DNA from: an uncultured Desulfosarcina sp.
GTDB lineage: Bacteria > Desulfobacterota > Desulfobacteria > Desulfobacterales > Desulfosarcinaceae
NCBI GenBank assembly: GCA_963674945.2
Contig: CAXXWQ010000004.1
Coordinates: forward strand, 96,001-160,000
Reading direction: 5' to 3'
Length of the DNA: 64,000 bases
This document shows, piece after piece, positions 29,801 through 39,162 of this stretch. Each line of letters starts with the position of its first letter. The first letter of the stretch is position 1. Both the position numbers and the translations under genes were made by a program. Under the pieces are notes generated by a model. It ran no database searches. It had not been told where the DNA came from and saw nothing but the letters and a program-made list of their open reading frames with translations.

Positions 29801-32800
29801 AAGTGAAGGCGGCCCGCTTCCTGGCAGACCATCCGCCGAACAATGATCACGAATTGGCGATGGCGTTGATCCTGAAAAACGACGATGACCCCGCCGCCGC
29901 CATGGATCATGCACGAAAAGCCATCGATGCCGGCCAATCCGAGGCGAGGGCCAAACGGATTTTCTTCAAACACCGCCCATTGGGCAAAACAACGCGCATC
30001 GCCCTGGTCTATCCAGGTTCGGGAAACCACTACCTGGGCATGGGACGGCACCTGGCACTCCGCTTCCCCGATGTGGTCTCCCGGATGGACCGGGAAACCC
30101 ATCGATTGAAAAGCCAGTTCCGGCCCTGGCATCTGATGCCGTGGCGCCGATCATGGGACGCTTCCTGGAAGGAATCGGCGGTCTCCCGGCTCAAAGACGA
30201 TCCGGTGAACATGATCTCCGGCCAGGTGGTGTTCGGTGGTCTCATGACCCAGATCCTTCGGCGCCTCGCCATCAGACCCGATGCCCTCATCGGCTACAGT
30301 TTGGGCGAATCGGCGGCCCTTTTCGCCAACGGCATCTGGGCGGACCGGGGGGAAATGCTGGACCGAATGGAAGAAACGGACCTTTTTACCACCCGGTTGG
30401 CCGGCCCCTGCACGGCCCTTCGGCAGAGTTGGCACCTGGCGGACCACGAAACGGTGGACTGGCGGGTGGCCGTCGTCAACCGTCCCGCCGACATCGTTTC
30501 AAATACCCTGTCCGAAATGGATCATGTACGCCTGTTGATCGTCAATACGCCGGATGAATGTGTCATCGGCGGCCTTGCACCGGCTCTGGCGGCGGCCATC
30601 TCGGCATTGCACTGCCAGGCCGTCTACCTCGACGGGGTGGTGACCGTTCACTGTGATGCGGCCCTTCCCGCCGCCGATGCCTACAGGCGCCTCCACCTGT
30701 TTCCCAGCTCGCCCAAATCGGATCTGACCGTTTACAGCTGCAGCTGGGCCGCCCCCTATGCGGTTACCTCGGATCGAATTGCGGATTCAATTGTAAAACA
30801 GGCAGTTGATGGCTTTGACTTCAACAAAAGCATTAAGCGTGCTGCCGACGACGGGATCGGCATCTTCATCGAGGCCGGTCCCGGCGCATCGTGCAGCCGG
30901 ATGATCCGCCGGATCCTGCACGATCGCCCCCACCTTGCCGTCTCGGCCAGTGCGGCGGGAGAAAACGAAATGGAACCCCTGTTGCAATGCCTGGCCCAAT
31001 TGGCCGTCGAACGGGTTCCCATGGATGCAGGGGCCCTTTATCCGGATTCACGTCCCACCATAACATCCGCCGGCCGGAAAAAAGTGGTGCCGGTGGCTGT
31101 GGGCGGACAATCTTTTCGGCCCACGCTTCCTGTTTCTCTTCGAAAGAAAAAAACCGACGAGGAAAAACACCGAAAGCCCGAAACGGACCGCCGGGAATTG
31201 GAAGCACTGGCCGACAGCCATCAAAACGACCATAGGGAAAAGATCGTCGTGCAGGAAGACACCATCGTCCAGAATCCATGGTCCCAATTGATGAACGCGG
31301 CCCGACAGAATATGGAGGCGACAGCCGAGGCCCACAATCGGTTTCTTCAACTGTCCCAAGAGCTGACCGAGGCCTATGCCGACACCTTCGACTTTCAAAA
31401 CCGTCTTTTGGAGCGAGGTGCCCTGCCCACGCAAACCAGCGACCAGGATCCGGAGCCGGTTGCACCCGAACCTTCAGCGCTGTCCCCTGCCATGCCGGAA
31501 AAAACGGTCGCCTTCGACCGAAATCAGTGCATGAAATTCGCCATCGGCCGCGTGGGCGAAGTGCTGGGCCCGGCCTTCGACGTTGTCGACACCCATCGCG
31601 TGCGGGTGCGACTGCCCGACGAACCGCTGATGCTGGTGGATCGCATCCTCTCGGTGGAGGGGGAGATGCTCTCCATGGAAAGCGGGCGTCTGGTCACCGA
31701 ACACGACGTTCTGCCGGGTGCCTGGTACCTGGACGGCGACCGCGCACCGGTCTGTATCAGCGTGGAAGCCGGCCAGGCAGACCTTTTTCTGTGTTCCTAT
31801 CTCGGTATCGATCACCAGGTGAAAGGCGAGCGGGCCTATCGTCTGCTCGACGCCACGGTGACCTTTCACCGGGGACTGCCCCGCCCTGGTGATACCATTC
31901 GGTACGAGATCGCCATCGATCGTTTCGTGCGCCAGGGAGAGACCTGGATGTTCTTCTTCCGTTTCGAAGGGTTTATCGGAAACGACCACCTGATCTCCAT
32001 GCGCGACGGCTGTGCGGGTTTTTTCACCGAAGAAGAGGTGGCCAACTCCGGGGGCATCATCCTCACCGAAGAGGAGCGCCGGCCCGCTTCGGGGAAAACC
32101 CCGGCCGGGTGGCGGACACCGGTGCCCATGGCCGAGGAATCCTTTTCGACGACCCAGCTGGATGCCCTTCGCCGGGGAGACCTCGCCGGATGTTTCGGTA
32201 CCCCCTTCGAAGGCATCTCCCTTGCCGACGGCCTCTGCCTGCCCGACGGCCGCATGCGGTTGATTCACCGGATCGTCCGTCTGGAACCCGACGGTGGACG
32301 ATACGGCATCGGCCTCATCCGGGCGGAAGCGGACATCCACCCCGATGACTGGTTTCTCACCTGTCACTTCGTGGATGACATGGTCATGCCCGGTACCTTG
32401 ATGTACGAATGCTGCGCCCACACCCTGCGGGTCTTTCTCTTACGGATGGGATGGGTGACGGACCGGCCGGGGGCATGCCTGGAACCGGTGATCGGCAACG
32501 GGGCGCGTCTCAAATGCCGGGGACCGGTCACTCCTTTAACGAAACACGTGCACTACGAAATCCAGATCAGCGAAATCGGCTACGGACCGGAACCCTATGT
32601 GATTGCGGACGCCCACATGTTTGCAGACGACCACCCCATCGTCTTTTTCAAGAACATGTCCATGAAGATGACCGGTGTGGACCAACAGGAGATCGCCCGG
32701 GTATGGCAACGCCGAAAAGCCAATGACCGTTCCCGGCGACCCGATACGGCAAAACCATTGTTCGATAAGGCTGCCATCCTGGCCTTTGCCGTGGGAAATC

Positions 32801-33906
32801 CCTCCGACGCCTTTGGAGAGCCCTACCGCGTCTTCGATGAGAATCGATTCATCGCCCGGTTGCCCGGCCCCCCCTATAGTTTCATGGACCGGGTAATCCA
32901 CGCACAACCCGAACCATGGGTGCTGAAACCCGGTGGCTGGGCCACGGCCCAATACGAAGTCCCAAAAACCGCCTGGTATTTTTCCGCCGACAGCAGCGGT
33001 GTCATGCCTATCTGCGTGCTTTTGGAAACCGCCCTGCAGCCCTGCGGCTGGCTGGCGGCCTATGCCGGATCATCTCTTCGAAGCGAGAAGGATCTGAAAT
33101 TTCGCAATTTGGGGGGAAGCGCCGTTTTGCACCGGCAGGTAACGCCGGAATCGGGAACCTTGACCATGCGCAGCCGCATGACGAAGGTGAGCGAGGCCAT
33201 GGACATGATTATCCAGAATTTCGACTTCGAAGTATTGGCCGGCGATGAACCGGTCTACACCGGCGACGCCTATTTCGGTTTCTTCTCCAAAGAGGCCTTG
33301 GATCAGCAAAGCGGCCTGGGTCACCAGGATTCACTGGTTCAGGCCATGGCGCCCTTTGAAGATGGCACGAAAAACGGTCGGGAACTGGAAAAAACCACCC
33401 CGATGACGCCCGATGCGGCAGAAGGCATGGATCCGTTCGTCGACCGGCTGCTTCTGCCCGCCAAAGCCCTGCTCATGATCGACGCCATCGAGGCACATAT
33501 TCAGGTTCCGGACGATCCCGCGTCGGACTACATCCGTGGCGTGAAACGGGTGGACCCCGGCGAGTGGTTTTTCAAGGCGCACTTTTATCAGGATCCGGTC
33601 TGTCCCGGTTCGCTGGGGATCGAATCCTTCATCCAATTGATGAAAGTCGTGGCAATGGAAAAATGGCCGCATTTTTGCGGTTCCCATCGATTCCGCCTGG
33701 TTGAAAAACGCCGGCACCAATGGACCTATCGCGGTCAGATCATCCCTGAAAACAAAACCGTCCGGGTGGTTGCCCGGGTCGTCTGTGTACGGGAAGAGCC
33801 ACAACCGATCCTGCGGGCAGAAGGCCTGCTCGAGGTGGACGGCCTGACCATCTACAAGATGGAAAACTTCGAACTGGCATTGGTGCCGGGATTGATGAAA
33901 GGTTGA
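26848..33906 (+). CDS. PfaB/C-type PUFA synthase subunit (KS-CLF-AT-4x FabA-like DH)
   Basis: KS motifs DAACASS/HGTGT/GHLLTAAG; second KS lacks the Cys (SADAASG); AT GYSLG; DH motifs CHFVDDMVMPG and AHFYQDPVCPG. No ACP, KR or ER. Start uncertain (26758-26848). Confidence 0.9.
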   Translation: MTNKPTPIAVVGMDGIFPGAQNLDAYWHNIVNGIDCSVPVPENRWIASPSDRLRTSLTPDHPYSRHACLIEDIFFDPQAFSLDPVLTRRLDPVHHLTLMAGKRAVSNCRTSQLDASRIHTIIAAIALPTDGACAFTRKVMGMAIEKALFPHGVKPAAPVTRAEALASRADGLAAALLAAEMGFGGDNFTLDAACASSLYAIKLSCDALWANRADMVVTGGVCRPECLYTQTGFSQLQALSPSGRCAPFDHRADGLVVGEGVGIIVLKRLSDAIDQKDTIHAVIRGIGLSNDMRGNLLAPEVSGQVRAMVQAYQMAGWDPWDVDLIECHGTGTHAGDTSEIQSLTQMWEKAPSTAQRCAIGSVKSMIGHLLTAAGAAGIIKTLLAMGHRTLPPSINFERPPADSPLADSPFRVQTSPESWRRRNPDCPRRAAVSAFGFGGINGHILFEQWNQTAVSAANTQKEPITVEKSGSPKRFAPIAIVGMDISAGTASHLKSFERAVFEGQSAIGGRAAGRWKNADAAIVHQLRGTDPHGAYVKELFVGLGEFQIPPKELDDILPQQLMALMVGAGALADAGFALRQPRERMGVVVGIDFDFEATNFHLRWQLHGAVRRWNRQYDLGLDETELDRWLEDLRDQCGPPLTPSRVVGALGGIVASRMAREFRFGGPSFVVSADAASGIKALQVAADQLGQGFVDAMVVGAVDLAGEGRSVIRMDRTFPVSPTNRLRPYDGTADGTLPGDGAAALVLKSLDRARADGDRIHAVIRGVGSAGGDDFTSGSLTEATYRRSLDQCISISGVGAASISLFEGCGIGVPELDRLELDTLSNHFAPVVGDDPSAAIALGATTPVIGHTGAASGLASVVKTALCLSRRRLAPLVGYESPPNSTMDLAGFHVPVTAQPWFRDRQQGPRTACVAAMTKDGGCAHVLLQEEETDQCQTTDHHYLTSVLRSPGLFVITGDDGKQIQEGVSRLEKALTGDAGTVSMEVKAARFLADHPPNNDHELAMALILKNDDDPAAAMDHARKAIDAGQSEARAKRIFFKHRPLGKTTRIALVYPGSGNHYLGMGRHLALRFPDVVSRMDRETHRLKSQFRPWHLMPWRRSWDASWKESAVSRLKDDPVNMISGQVVFGGLMTQILRRLAIRPDALIGYSLGESAALFANGIWADRGEMLDRMEETDLFTTRLAGPCTALRQSWHLADHETVDWRVAVVNRPADIVSNTLSEMDHVRLLIVNTPDECVIGGLAPALAAAISALHCQAVYLDGVVTVHCDAALPAADAYRRLHLFPSSPKSDLTVYSCSWAAPYAVTSDRIADSIVKQAVDGFDFNKSIKRAADDGIGIFIEAGPGASCSRMIRRILHDRPHLAVSASAAGENEMEPLLQCLAQLAVERVPMDAGALYPDSRPTITSAGRKKVVPVAVGGQSFRPTLPVSLRKKKTDEEKHRKPETDRRELEALADSHQNDHREKIVVQEDTIVQNPWSQLMNAARQNMEATAEAHNRFLQLSQELTEAYADTFDFQNRLLERGALPTQTSDQDPEPVAPEPSALSPAMPEKTVAFDRNQCMKFAIGRVGEVLGPAFDVVDTHRVRVRLPDEPLMLVDRILSVEGEMLSMESGRLVTEHDVLPGAWYLDGDRAPVCISVEAGQADLFLCSYLGIDHQVKGERAYRLLDATVTFHRGLPRPGDTIRYEIAIDRFVRQGETWMFFFRFEGFIGNDHLISMRDGCAGFFTEEEVANSGGIILTEEERRPASGKTPAGWRTPVPMAEESFSTTQLDALRRGDLAGCFGTPFEGISLADGLCLPDGRMRLIHRIVRLEPDGGRYGIGLIRAEADIHPDDWFLTCHFVDDMVMPGTLMYECCAHTLRVFLLRMGWVTDRPGACLEPVIGNGARLKCRGPVTPLTKHVHYEIQISEIGYGPEPYVIADAHMFADDHPIVFFKNMSMKMTGVDQQEIARVWQRRKANDRSRRPDTAKPLFDKAAILAFAVGNPSDAFGEPYRVFDENRFIARLPGPPYSFMDRVIHAQPEPWVLKPGGWATAQYEVPKTAWYFSADSSGVMPICVLLETALQPCGWLAAYAGSSLRSEKDLKFRNLGGSAVLHRQVTPESGTLTMRSRMTKVSEAMDMIIQNFDFEVLAGDEPVYTGDAYFGFFSKEALDQQSGLGHQDSLVQAMAPFEDGTKNGRELEKTTPMTPDAAEGMDPFVDRLLLPAKALLMIDAIEAHIQVPDDPASDYIRGVKRVDPGEWFFKAHFYQDPVCPGSLGIESFIQLMKVVAMEKWPHFCGSHRFRLVEKRRHQWTYRGQIIPENKTVRVVARVVCVREEPQPILRAEGLLEVDGLTIYKMENFELALVPGLMKG

Positions 33907-33908
33907 TC

Positions 33909-34823
33909 ATGCCCCCTTCCGGCAACCTCGTAAAACCTGCCGATTACCGCCCCCTCTATCCCTTCCGATCCGCTTTTCTGGATCGAAACGGACTCAAGTA
34001 CCACTACATCGACCAGGGAAAAGGAGAACCGATCGTGATGGTTCACGGCAACCCCACCTGGTCCTTTTTCTTTCGAAGACTCATCGAAGAATTCTCCGGC
34101 CGATACCGAACCGTGGTGCCGGACCACATGGGGTGCGGGCTTTCCGACAAACCGGGCGAAAGCCAGTATGGATTTGGTCTGCAAGACCGACTGGACGACT
34201 TTTCCGCCCTGATGGATCACCTGGTCCTGGACCGTGTCACCCTGCTGGTTCACGACTGGGGCGGCATGATCGGCATGGCATGGGCGCTGGCACACCCGAA
34301 ACGCGTGGCACGGTTGATCATCACCAACACGGCCGGCTTCTTCCCGCCGGGAAACAAGCGGATCCCCTGGCGTCTCTGGATCATCCGCAATTTCGCCTTT
34401 TTTGCACGCCCGGCGGTATTGCGGGCAAACCTGTTCGCCCGTTCGGCCATCTATGTGGCGCCCAAAAAATCCCTTTCTCCACAGGTTCGAAGGGGCCTGT
34501 TGGCGCCATACAACAGTCCGGTGAACCGACTGGCCACCTTGCGGTTCGTCCAGGATATTCCCCTGGCGCCGGGAGATCCCGGCTTTACCATCGTAGACCG
34601 GGTGGATCGAAACCTCGGTTCGCTATCCCATCTTCCCATGCTGATCCTTTGGGGAAGGCACGATTTCGTGTTCGATGTGGATTACTACCGGGAATGGTGC
34701 CGGCGTTTTCCCGGTGCGACGCACCATCTGTTCGACGACGCCGGCCACTATTTGATGGAGGACGTGCCGCAACAGATCATCGCCAGGGTGCGTGTCTTTC
34801 TGAAACAGAACCCCATAGCCTGA
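33909..34823 (+). CDS. oleB: OleB-like beta-lactone decarboxylase (haloalkane-dehalogenase-like hydrolase)
   Basis: HGNPTWSF, DHMGCGLSDKP, VHDWGG, ATLRFVQDIPL, AGHYLMED; directly upstream of oleC and oleD. Confidence 0.85.
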   Translation: MPPSGNLVKPADYRPLYPFRSAFLDRNGLKYHYIDQGKGEPIVMVHGNPTWSFFFRRLIEEFSGRYRTVVPDHMGCGLSDKPGESQYGFGLQDRLDDFSALMDHLVLDRVTLLVHDWGGMIGMAWALAHPKRVARLIITNTAGFFPPGNKRIPWRLWIIRNFAFFARPAVLRANLFARSAIYVAPKKSLSPQVRRGLLAPYNSPVNRLATLRFVQDIPLAPGDPGFTIVDRVDRNLGSLSHLPMLILWGRHDFVFDVDYYREWCRRFPGATHHLFDDAGHYLMEDVPQQIIARVRVFLKQNPIA

Positions 34824-34836
34824 AACGGGACGACCA

Positions 34837-36510
34837 ATGGAAAACAATCCGGAAACATCTACTTCCGATACCGTGAACGTTGCCACCCACCTTCGCAGGA
34901 TGGCCCTCATTCAGCCCTACAAGCGAGCCGTGGTATGCTCTGCCGGCAAGGATCGGCTGGGCCGCGTTGCCTACACCCACCTCACCTTTCGACAACTGGA
35001 CACGGAATCGGATCGCATGGCCATAGGACTGGACCAGGCGGGCGTCGGCCGCGGGGTCCGGACCATTCTCATGGTCAAGCCCAGCCTGGATTTCTTCGCA
35101 CTTGTCTTCGCATTGTTCAAAGTAGGTGCCGTACCCGTGGTGGTGGATCCGGGCATGGGGGTGCGTCGCATGTTGGACTGCCTTGCCGAAAGCCGGGCCC
35201 GCGCCCTGATCGGAATCCCCCCGGCACACGTCCTTCGGACCCTGGCGCCGTCTGCCTTTAAAACAGTCAAAACCTTTATCACCGTCGGACGCCGATGGTT
35301 CTGGGGCGGGCCGACGCTGGATCGGGTAAGAGAAAAGCCATGGGCCCCTTTTCCCATGGCCGACACGACGGCAGACGAGATCGCCGCCATTCTCTTTACC
35401 ACGGGAAGCACCGGACCGGCCAAAGGAGTGATTTATACCCATGGCGTATTCGATGCCCAGGTAACCAACATCCGTGCCCAATTCGGCATAACACCGGACG
35501 ACATCGATCTGCCCACCTTTCCCCTCTTCGCCCTGTTCGATCCGGCCCTTGGCATGACCGCCGTCATTCCGGACATGGACCCCACGAAACCGGCCCGGGT
35601 CGATCCAGAAAAAATCGTCGAAGCCATCGTCAATCACGGGGTAACCAACATGTTCGGCTCCCCTGCCCTGCTCGACCGGATGGGGCGCCATGGCGAGGCA
35701 AAAAAACTCACCCTTCCCTCCTTGAAACGTGTGATCAGCGCCGGTGCCCCCATCGCACCGTCCAATATCGAACGATTCGCAAATCTTCTCGAAGAAGGTG
35801 GCCTTTTGCACACCGGGTACGGCGCCACCGAAGCCATGCCGGTCAGTTCCTTCGATAGTGATCAGATCTTGAACGAAACACGAAAACGCAGCGAGAAGGG
35901 ATACGGTGTCTGCGTGGGAAGGCCCATTACCGGCATCGATGTTTGCATCATCCGCATCATCGACGGCCACATCAACCAGTTGCAAGAGGATATGATACTG
36001 CCCATGGGCGATATCGGCGAGATCACCGTTCGGGGCCGCCAGGTAACCCGTGGTTATTTCGACCAACCCGAAGAGGACATGTTGTCCAAAATTCTCGACG
36101 GTGATACATTCTGGCACCGCATGGGCGACCTTGGCTGGCTGGACACCAAGGGTCGCATCTGGTTCTGTGGTCGCAAGAGCCATCGGGTGGTGGGTGAGAA
36201 AAAGGTCTTTTACACCATCCCCTGTGAGGCCATTTTCAACAATCATCCGGATGTGTTTCGAAGTGCATTGGTGGGTGTGGGAAAAAAGGGGCAGCAGCGC
36301 CCTGTGATCTGTATCGAAAGGGAACACGGACGCCGGACCAAGAGGAAGAAAGCATTAAAAAAGGAACTGCTGGACCTTGCCAAATCCAGCCCCATCACCG
36401 AGGAGATCGATACGATTCTCTTTCACCCTGCTTTTCCCGTGGATATCCGCCACAATTCGAAAATATTCAGGGAAAAACTGGCGGTTTGGGCGAATAAAAA
36501 GACAAAATAG
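34837..36510 (+). CDS. oleC: OleC-like beta-lactone synthetase (AMP-binding)
   Basis: AILFTTGSTGPAKG, DLPTFPLFALF, YGATEAMPV, WHRMGD, FPVDIRHNSKIFREKL. Confidence 0.88.
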   Translation: MENNPETSTSDTVNVATHLRRMALIQPYKRAVVCSAGKDRLGRVAYTHLTFRQLDTESDRMAIGLDQAGVGRGVRTILMVKPSLDFFALVFALFKVGAVPVVVDPGMGVRRMLDCLAESRARALIGIPPAHVLRTLAPSAFKTVKTFITVGRRWFWGGPTLDRVREKPWAPFPMADTTADEIAAILFTTGSTGPAKGVIYTHGVFDAQVTNIRAQFGITPDDIDLPTFPLFALFDPALGMTAVIPDMDPTKPARVDPEKIVEAIVNHGVTNMFGSPALLDRMGRHGEAKKLTLPSLKRVISAGAPIAPSNIERFANLLEEGGLLHTGYGATEAMPVSSFDSDQILNETRKRSEKGYGVCVGRPITGIDVCIIRIIDGHINQLQEDMILPMGDIGEITVRGRQVTRGYFDQPEEDMLSKILDGDTFWHRMGDLGWLDTKGRIWFCGRKSHRVVGEKKVFYTIPCEAIFNNHPDVFRSALVGVGKKGQQRPVICIEREHGRRTKRKKALKKELLDLAKSSPITEEIDTILFHPAFPVDIRHNSKIFREKLAVWANKKTK

Positions 36511-36612
36511 TGTTAAGCGATTAAGTTTTAAGTGTGAAGTTAATGTATTCTATCTATCTAAAATAGATCCTCATCCTTTCCTTAAAACTTAACCACTTAA
36601 CACTTAAAACTT
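36509..36612. repeat. AT-rich inverted array of heptamers (TTAAGTN / NACTTAA) between oleC and oleD
   Basis: Left arm AGTGTTAAGCGATTAAGTTTTAAG matches the reverse complement of right arm CTTAAAACTTAACCACTTAACACT at 22/24. Confidence 0.75.
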
Positions 36613-36621
36613 TCTTTTATT

Positions 36622-37689
36622 ATGGAAACAAAAAAACCAAAAAACATATTAGTTACCGGCGGTGGCGGATTTTTAGGCAAAGCGATTATTGTACAGCTGA
36701 AGGAAAAGGGCCATACGATCACCAGCTTTTCCAGAAACCACTATCCGGCATTGGCGGATTTGGGGGTCGAACAGATCTCCGGCGACATCACAGATGCCGA
36801 GGCTGTAAAAAGAGCCGCAGTTGGACGGGACGTCGTATTTCATACGGCCGCCAGAGCCGGTGTGTGGGGTCCTGATGCCGAGTATTACGCAACCAACGTT
36901 ACGGGGACCCAGAACGTCATTGCCGCCTGTAAGACGGGCCATGTTCCCACGCTGATTCATACCAGCAGTCCCAGCGTGATTTTTGACGGCGGTGACATGG
37001 AGGGGGTGGACGAATCGTTTCCCTATCCGAAGCGTTACCATGCCCCCTATCCGGAAACCAAAGCCGCGGCCGAACGATTGGTCATGGCGGCGACAGATGA
37101 AAAGCTTGCGACCATCCTGCTCCGCCCCCACCTGATCTGGGGACCGGAGGACCCGCATCTGGCCCCTCGCCTTCTGAAAAGGGCCAAAAGCCTGAAAAGG
37201 GTTGGCAGCGGCGCCAATCGGGTGGATACGACCTATATCGATAACGCGGCCAGGGCACACGTATTGGCCATGGAAGCCCTCGATCGAAATCCGGTGCTTT
37301 CCGGCAGGGTCTATTTCATCAGCGACGACGATCCCATCGAACTCTGGACCATGATCGATCGAATCCTGGCCGCCGGCGGCAAACCGCCGGTAACCGGCCG
37401 TGTGTCACCCAAGGTAGCCTATTTCCTCGGTGTCGTTTTGGAGTGGGTGTTTGGTACATTGCACATTTCAAAAGAACCGAAGATGACCCGTTTCCTCGCA
37501 GGGGAACTGGCGACCTCCCATTGGTTCGACATCACCGCGGCCAAACGGGATTTGGGTTATTCCGCCGCCATTTCCATCGATGAAGGGATGAAGCGACTGG
37601 CCGACTGGCTCACAAAAACAGAGATGGCCAGCGTTGATGCAATGAGCATTTCAAACAAAAATGACAACGGACGGCAAAAAGGAGAGTGA
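36622..37689 (+). CDS. oleD: OleD-like 2-alkyl-3-oxoalkanoate reductase (extended SDR)
   Basis: LVTGGGGFLG, TSSPSV, YPETKA (YxxxK), LRPHLIWGP, LATSHWFD. Confidence 0.88.
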   Translation: METKKPKNILVTGGGGFLGKAIIVQLKEKGHTITSFSRNHYPALADLGVEQISGDITDAEAVKRAAVGRDVVFHTAARAGVWGPDAEYYATNVTGTQNVIAACKTGHVPTLIHTSSPSVIFDGGDMEGVDESFPYPKRYHAPYPETKAAAERLVMAATDEKLATILLRPHLIWGPEDPHLAPRLLKRAKSLKRVGSGANRVDTTYIDNAARAHVLAMEALDRNPVLSGRVYFISDDDPIELWTMIDRILAAGGKPPVTGRVSPKVAYFLGVVLEWVFGTLHISKEPKMTRFLAGELATSHWFDITAAKRDLGYSAAISIDEGMKRLADWLTKTEMASVDAMSISNKNDNGRQKGE

Positions 37690-38192
37690 TCGTGGAATTG
37701 ACAGAACTGCTTCCCCTGGAAAAATGGATGGAACTGGAAAAAGAGATTCAGGCCCGATCAGGCCTGGCGTCCAACGTGTTCGACACCGAAGGGATCCGCA
37801 TCACCGGCAACAAGGTCTGGGCCAACAATTTGTGCTCGGCCATCAAGGCCACAGACAAGGGGCGGTCCTCCATCTGTGCCGTGTGCCACAATAAACTCGC
37901 CAAACGGGCCACGGAAAAGAGGCAGACGGTCATTGAATCGTGTGAGGCCGGTTTTATGAAAATCGTCGTACCCATTATCGTCGATGGGAATATTATCGGT
38001 TCCGTTGACGCCTGTGGTCTGTTGCCTGCAGGCGGCGAAGTGGATACCGTGCTCGTAAAAAAGGTGATGGATATAAAGCAGTCCGAGATCGAATCGTTGT
38101 GCGACAATATTGCCGCCATCGAAAAGAACTCGGCCGAGGAGGTGGCGCAATTCATCTGGGAAAAAATCGAAGCCGTCGTATCCGAAGGATGA
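37686..38192 (+). CDS. Stand-alone PocR ligand-binding domain protein
   Basis: WANNLCSAIK...ICA...ESCEAGFMKIVVPI...G.C pattern; overlaps the oleD stop codon. Confidence 0.75.
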   Translation: MIVELTELLPLEKWMELEKEIQARSGLASNVFDTEGIRITGNKVWANNLCSAIKATDKGRSSICAVCHNKLAKRATEKRQTVIESCEAGFMKIVVPIIVDGNIIGSVDACGLLPAGGEVDTVLVKKVMDIKQSEIESLCDNIAAIEKNSAEEVAQFIWEKIEAVVSEG

Positions 38193-38196
38193 TACA

Positions 38197-39141
38197 CTAT
38201 CGTAAATAATAATGGGCAGAGAAAAATAGAACCCCGACAGCCAACATGGCCAGAAGAAGATAGCGAATGGAATCCTTGAGAATAGAAATCGTGCGTCTGG
38301 ATCGATGTTGAATACGATTTTCCACGAGGACCTTTTTCTCTAATCCCACCATGTCCAACTCTTGAATCACAGATCGGACAAGTCGGCGAAGGTCCCTGGT
38401 GAAATTAATCAAACCGGCCGTGTAACGCCGGCAGCGTGTGCAATCTACCAGATGTGCCTTGAGCGCCCTCTTATCATCGGCTGTCAGGTCGGCATTGAGA
38501 TATCGGTCGATGAGGATTTCATCGCATCCGCCTTCCGTGAAAGGCTCGGCCTCATTTTCCGGATCGGAAAATCCCATGAAAAGAGTTTTTGCAATTTGTC
38601 GCCGGGCGTCACGCAGCCGGGAGCGCACAACGCCGATTTTTATGCCCATGACCTCTGCCACCGACGAGTGAGAAAGCCCTACGAGTTCACGCAGGATAAA
38701 CGCGGTCCTGATGGGATCCGGCAACCGTCTCAAAGCGCTTTCCATCTGAAACCGGCGTTTCTCGTCTTCTGCGGACTCTCTTTTCTCTTCAGAATCCTCT
38801 TTCGCCGGGATGACGGCTTCTTCATCCGCGGCCTTTCGCTTTTTCCAGCGTCTATGGATACGGTGCTTCCAATGAAGACAACGGTTGATCGCGATTCGAT
38901 GAAGCCAGATGGGAAGCGGCGTGTCCTGCCCGATGGCACCGACGGTTCGATACACCTCGGAGAAGACCTCGAATGTAATCTCCTGACTCTGTCTGGCATC
39001 TAATGTAATGCCGAAGGCAGTAGAAAAAATTTTCTCTCGAAAACGGCGTACCAGTAAATGAAAAACCCATTCATCTCCACGCTGTAAGCGAGTGATTAAC
39101 TCCTCGTCCTGAACGATTCGGTTTTGGATGGTATTGGACAC
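38197..39141 (-). CDS. ECF sigma-70 factor fused to an anti-sigma-type zinc finger and a C-terminal TM helix
   Basis: Region 2 (LVRRFREKIF...WLHRIAINRC), region 4 (LPDPIRTAFILRELVGLS...VRSRLRDAR), then HLVDCTRC (HxxxCxxC) and YLLLAMLAVGVLFF. Confidence 0.8.
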   Translation of the reverse strand: MSNTIQNRIVQDEELITRLQRGDEWVFHLLVRRFREKIFSTAFGITLDARQSQEITFEVFSEVYRTVGAIGQDTPLPIWLHRIAINRCLHWKHRIHRRWKKRKAADEEAVIPAKEDSEEKRESAEDEKRRFQMESALRRLPDPIRTAFILRELVGLSHSSVAEVMGIKIGVVRSRLRDARRQIAKTLFMGFSDPENEAEPFTEGGCDEILIDRYLNADLTADDKRALKAHLVDCTRCRRYTAGLINFTRDLRRLVRSVIQELDMVGLEKKVLVENRIQHRSRRTISILKDSIRYLLLAMLAVGVLFFSAHYYLR

Positions 39142-39162
39142 CGCTATATTATTCTGATATTA

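Noticed and set aside
33909..34823. Haloalkane dehalogenase call
   Set aside because: Same fold, but the position before oleC and oleD supports OleB.
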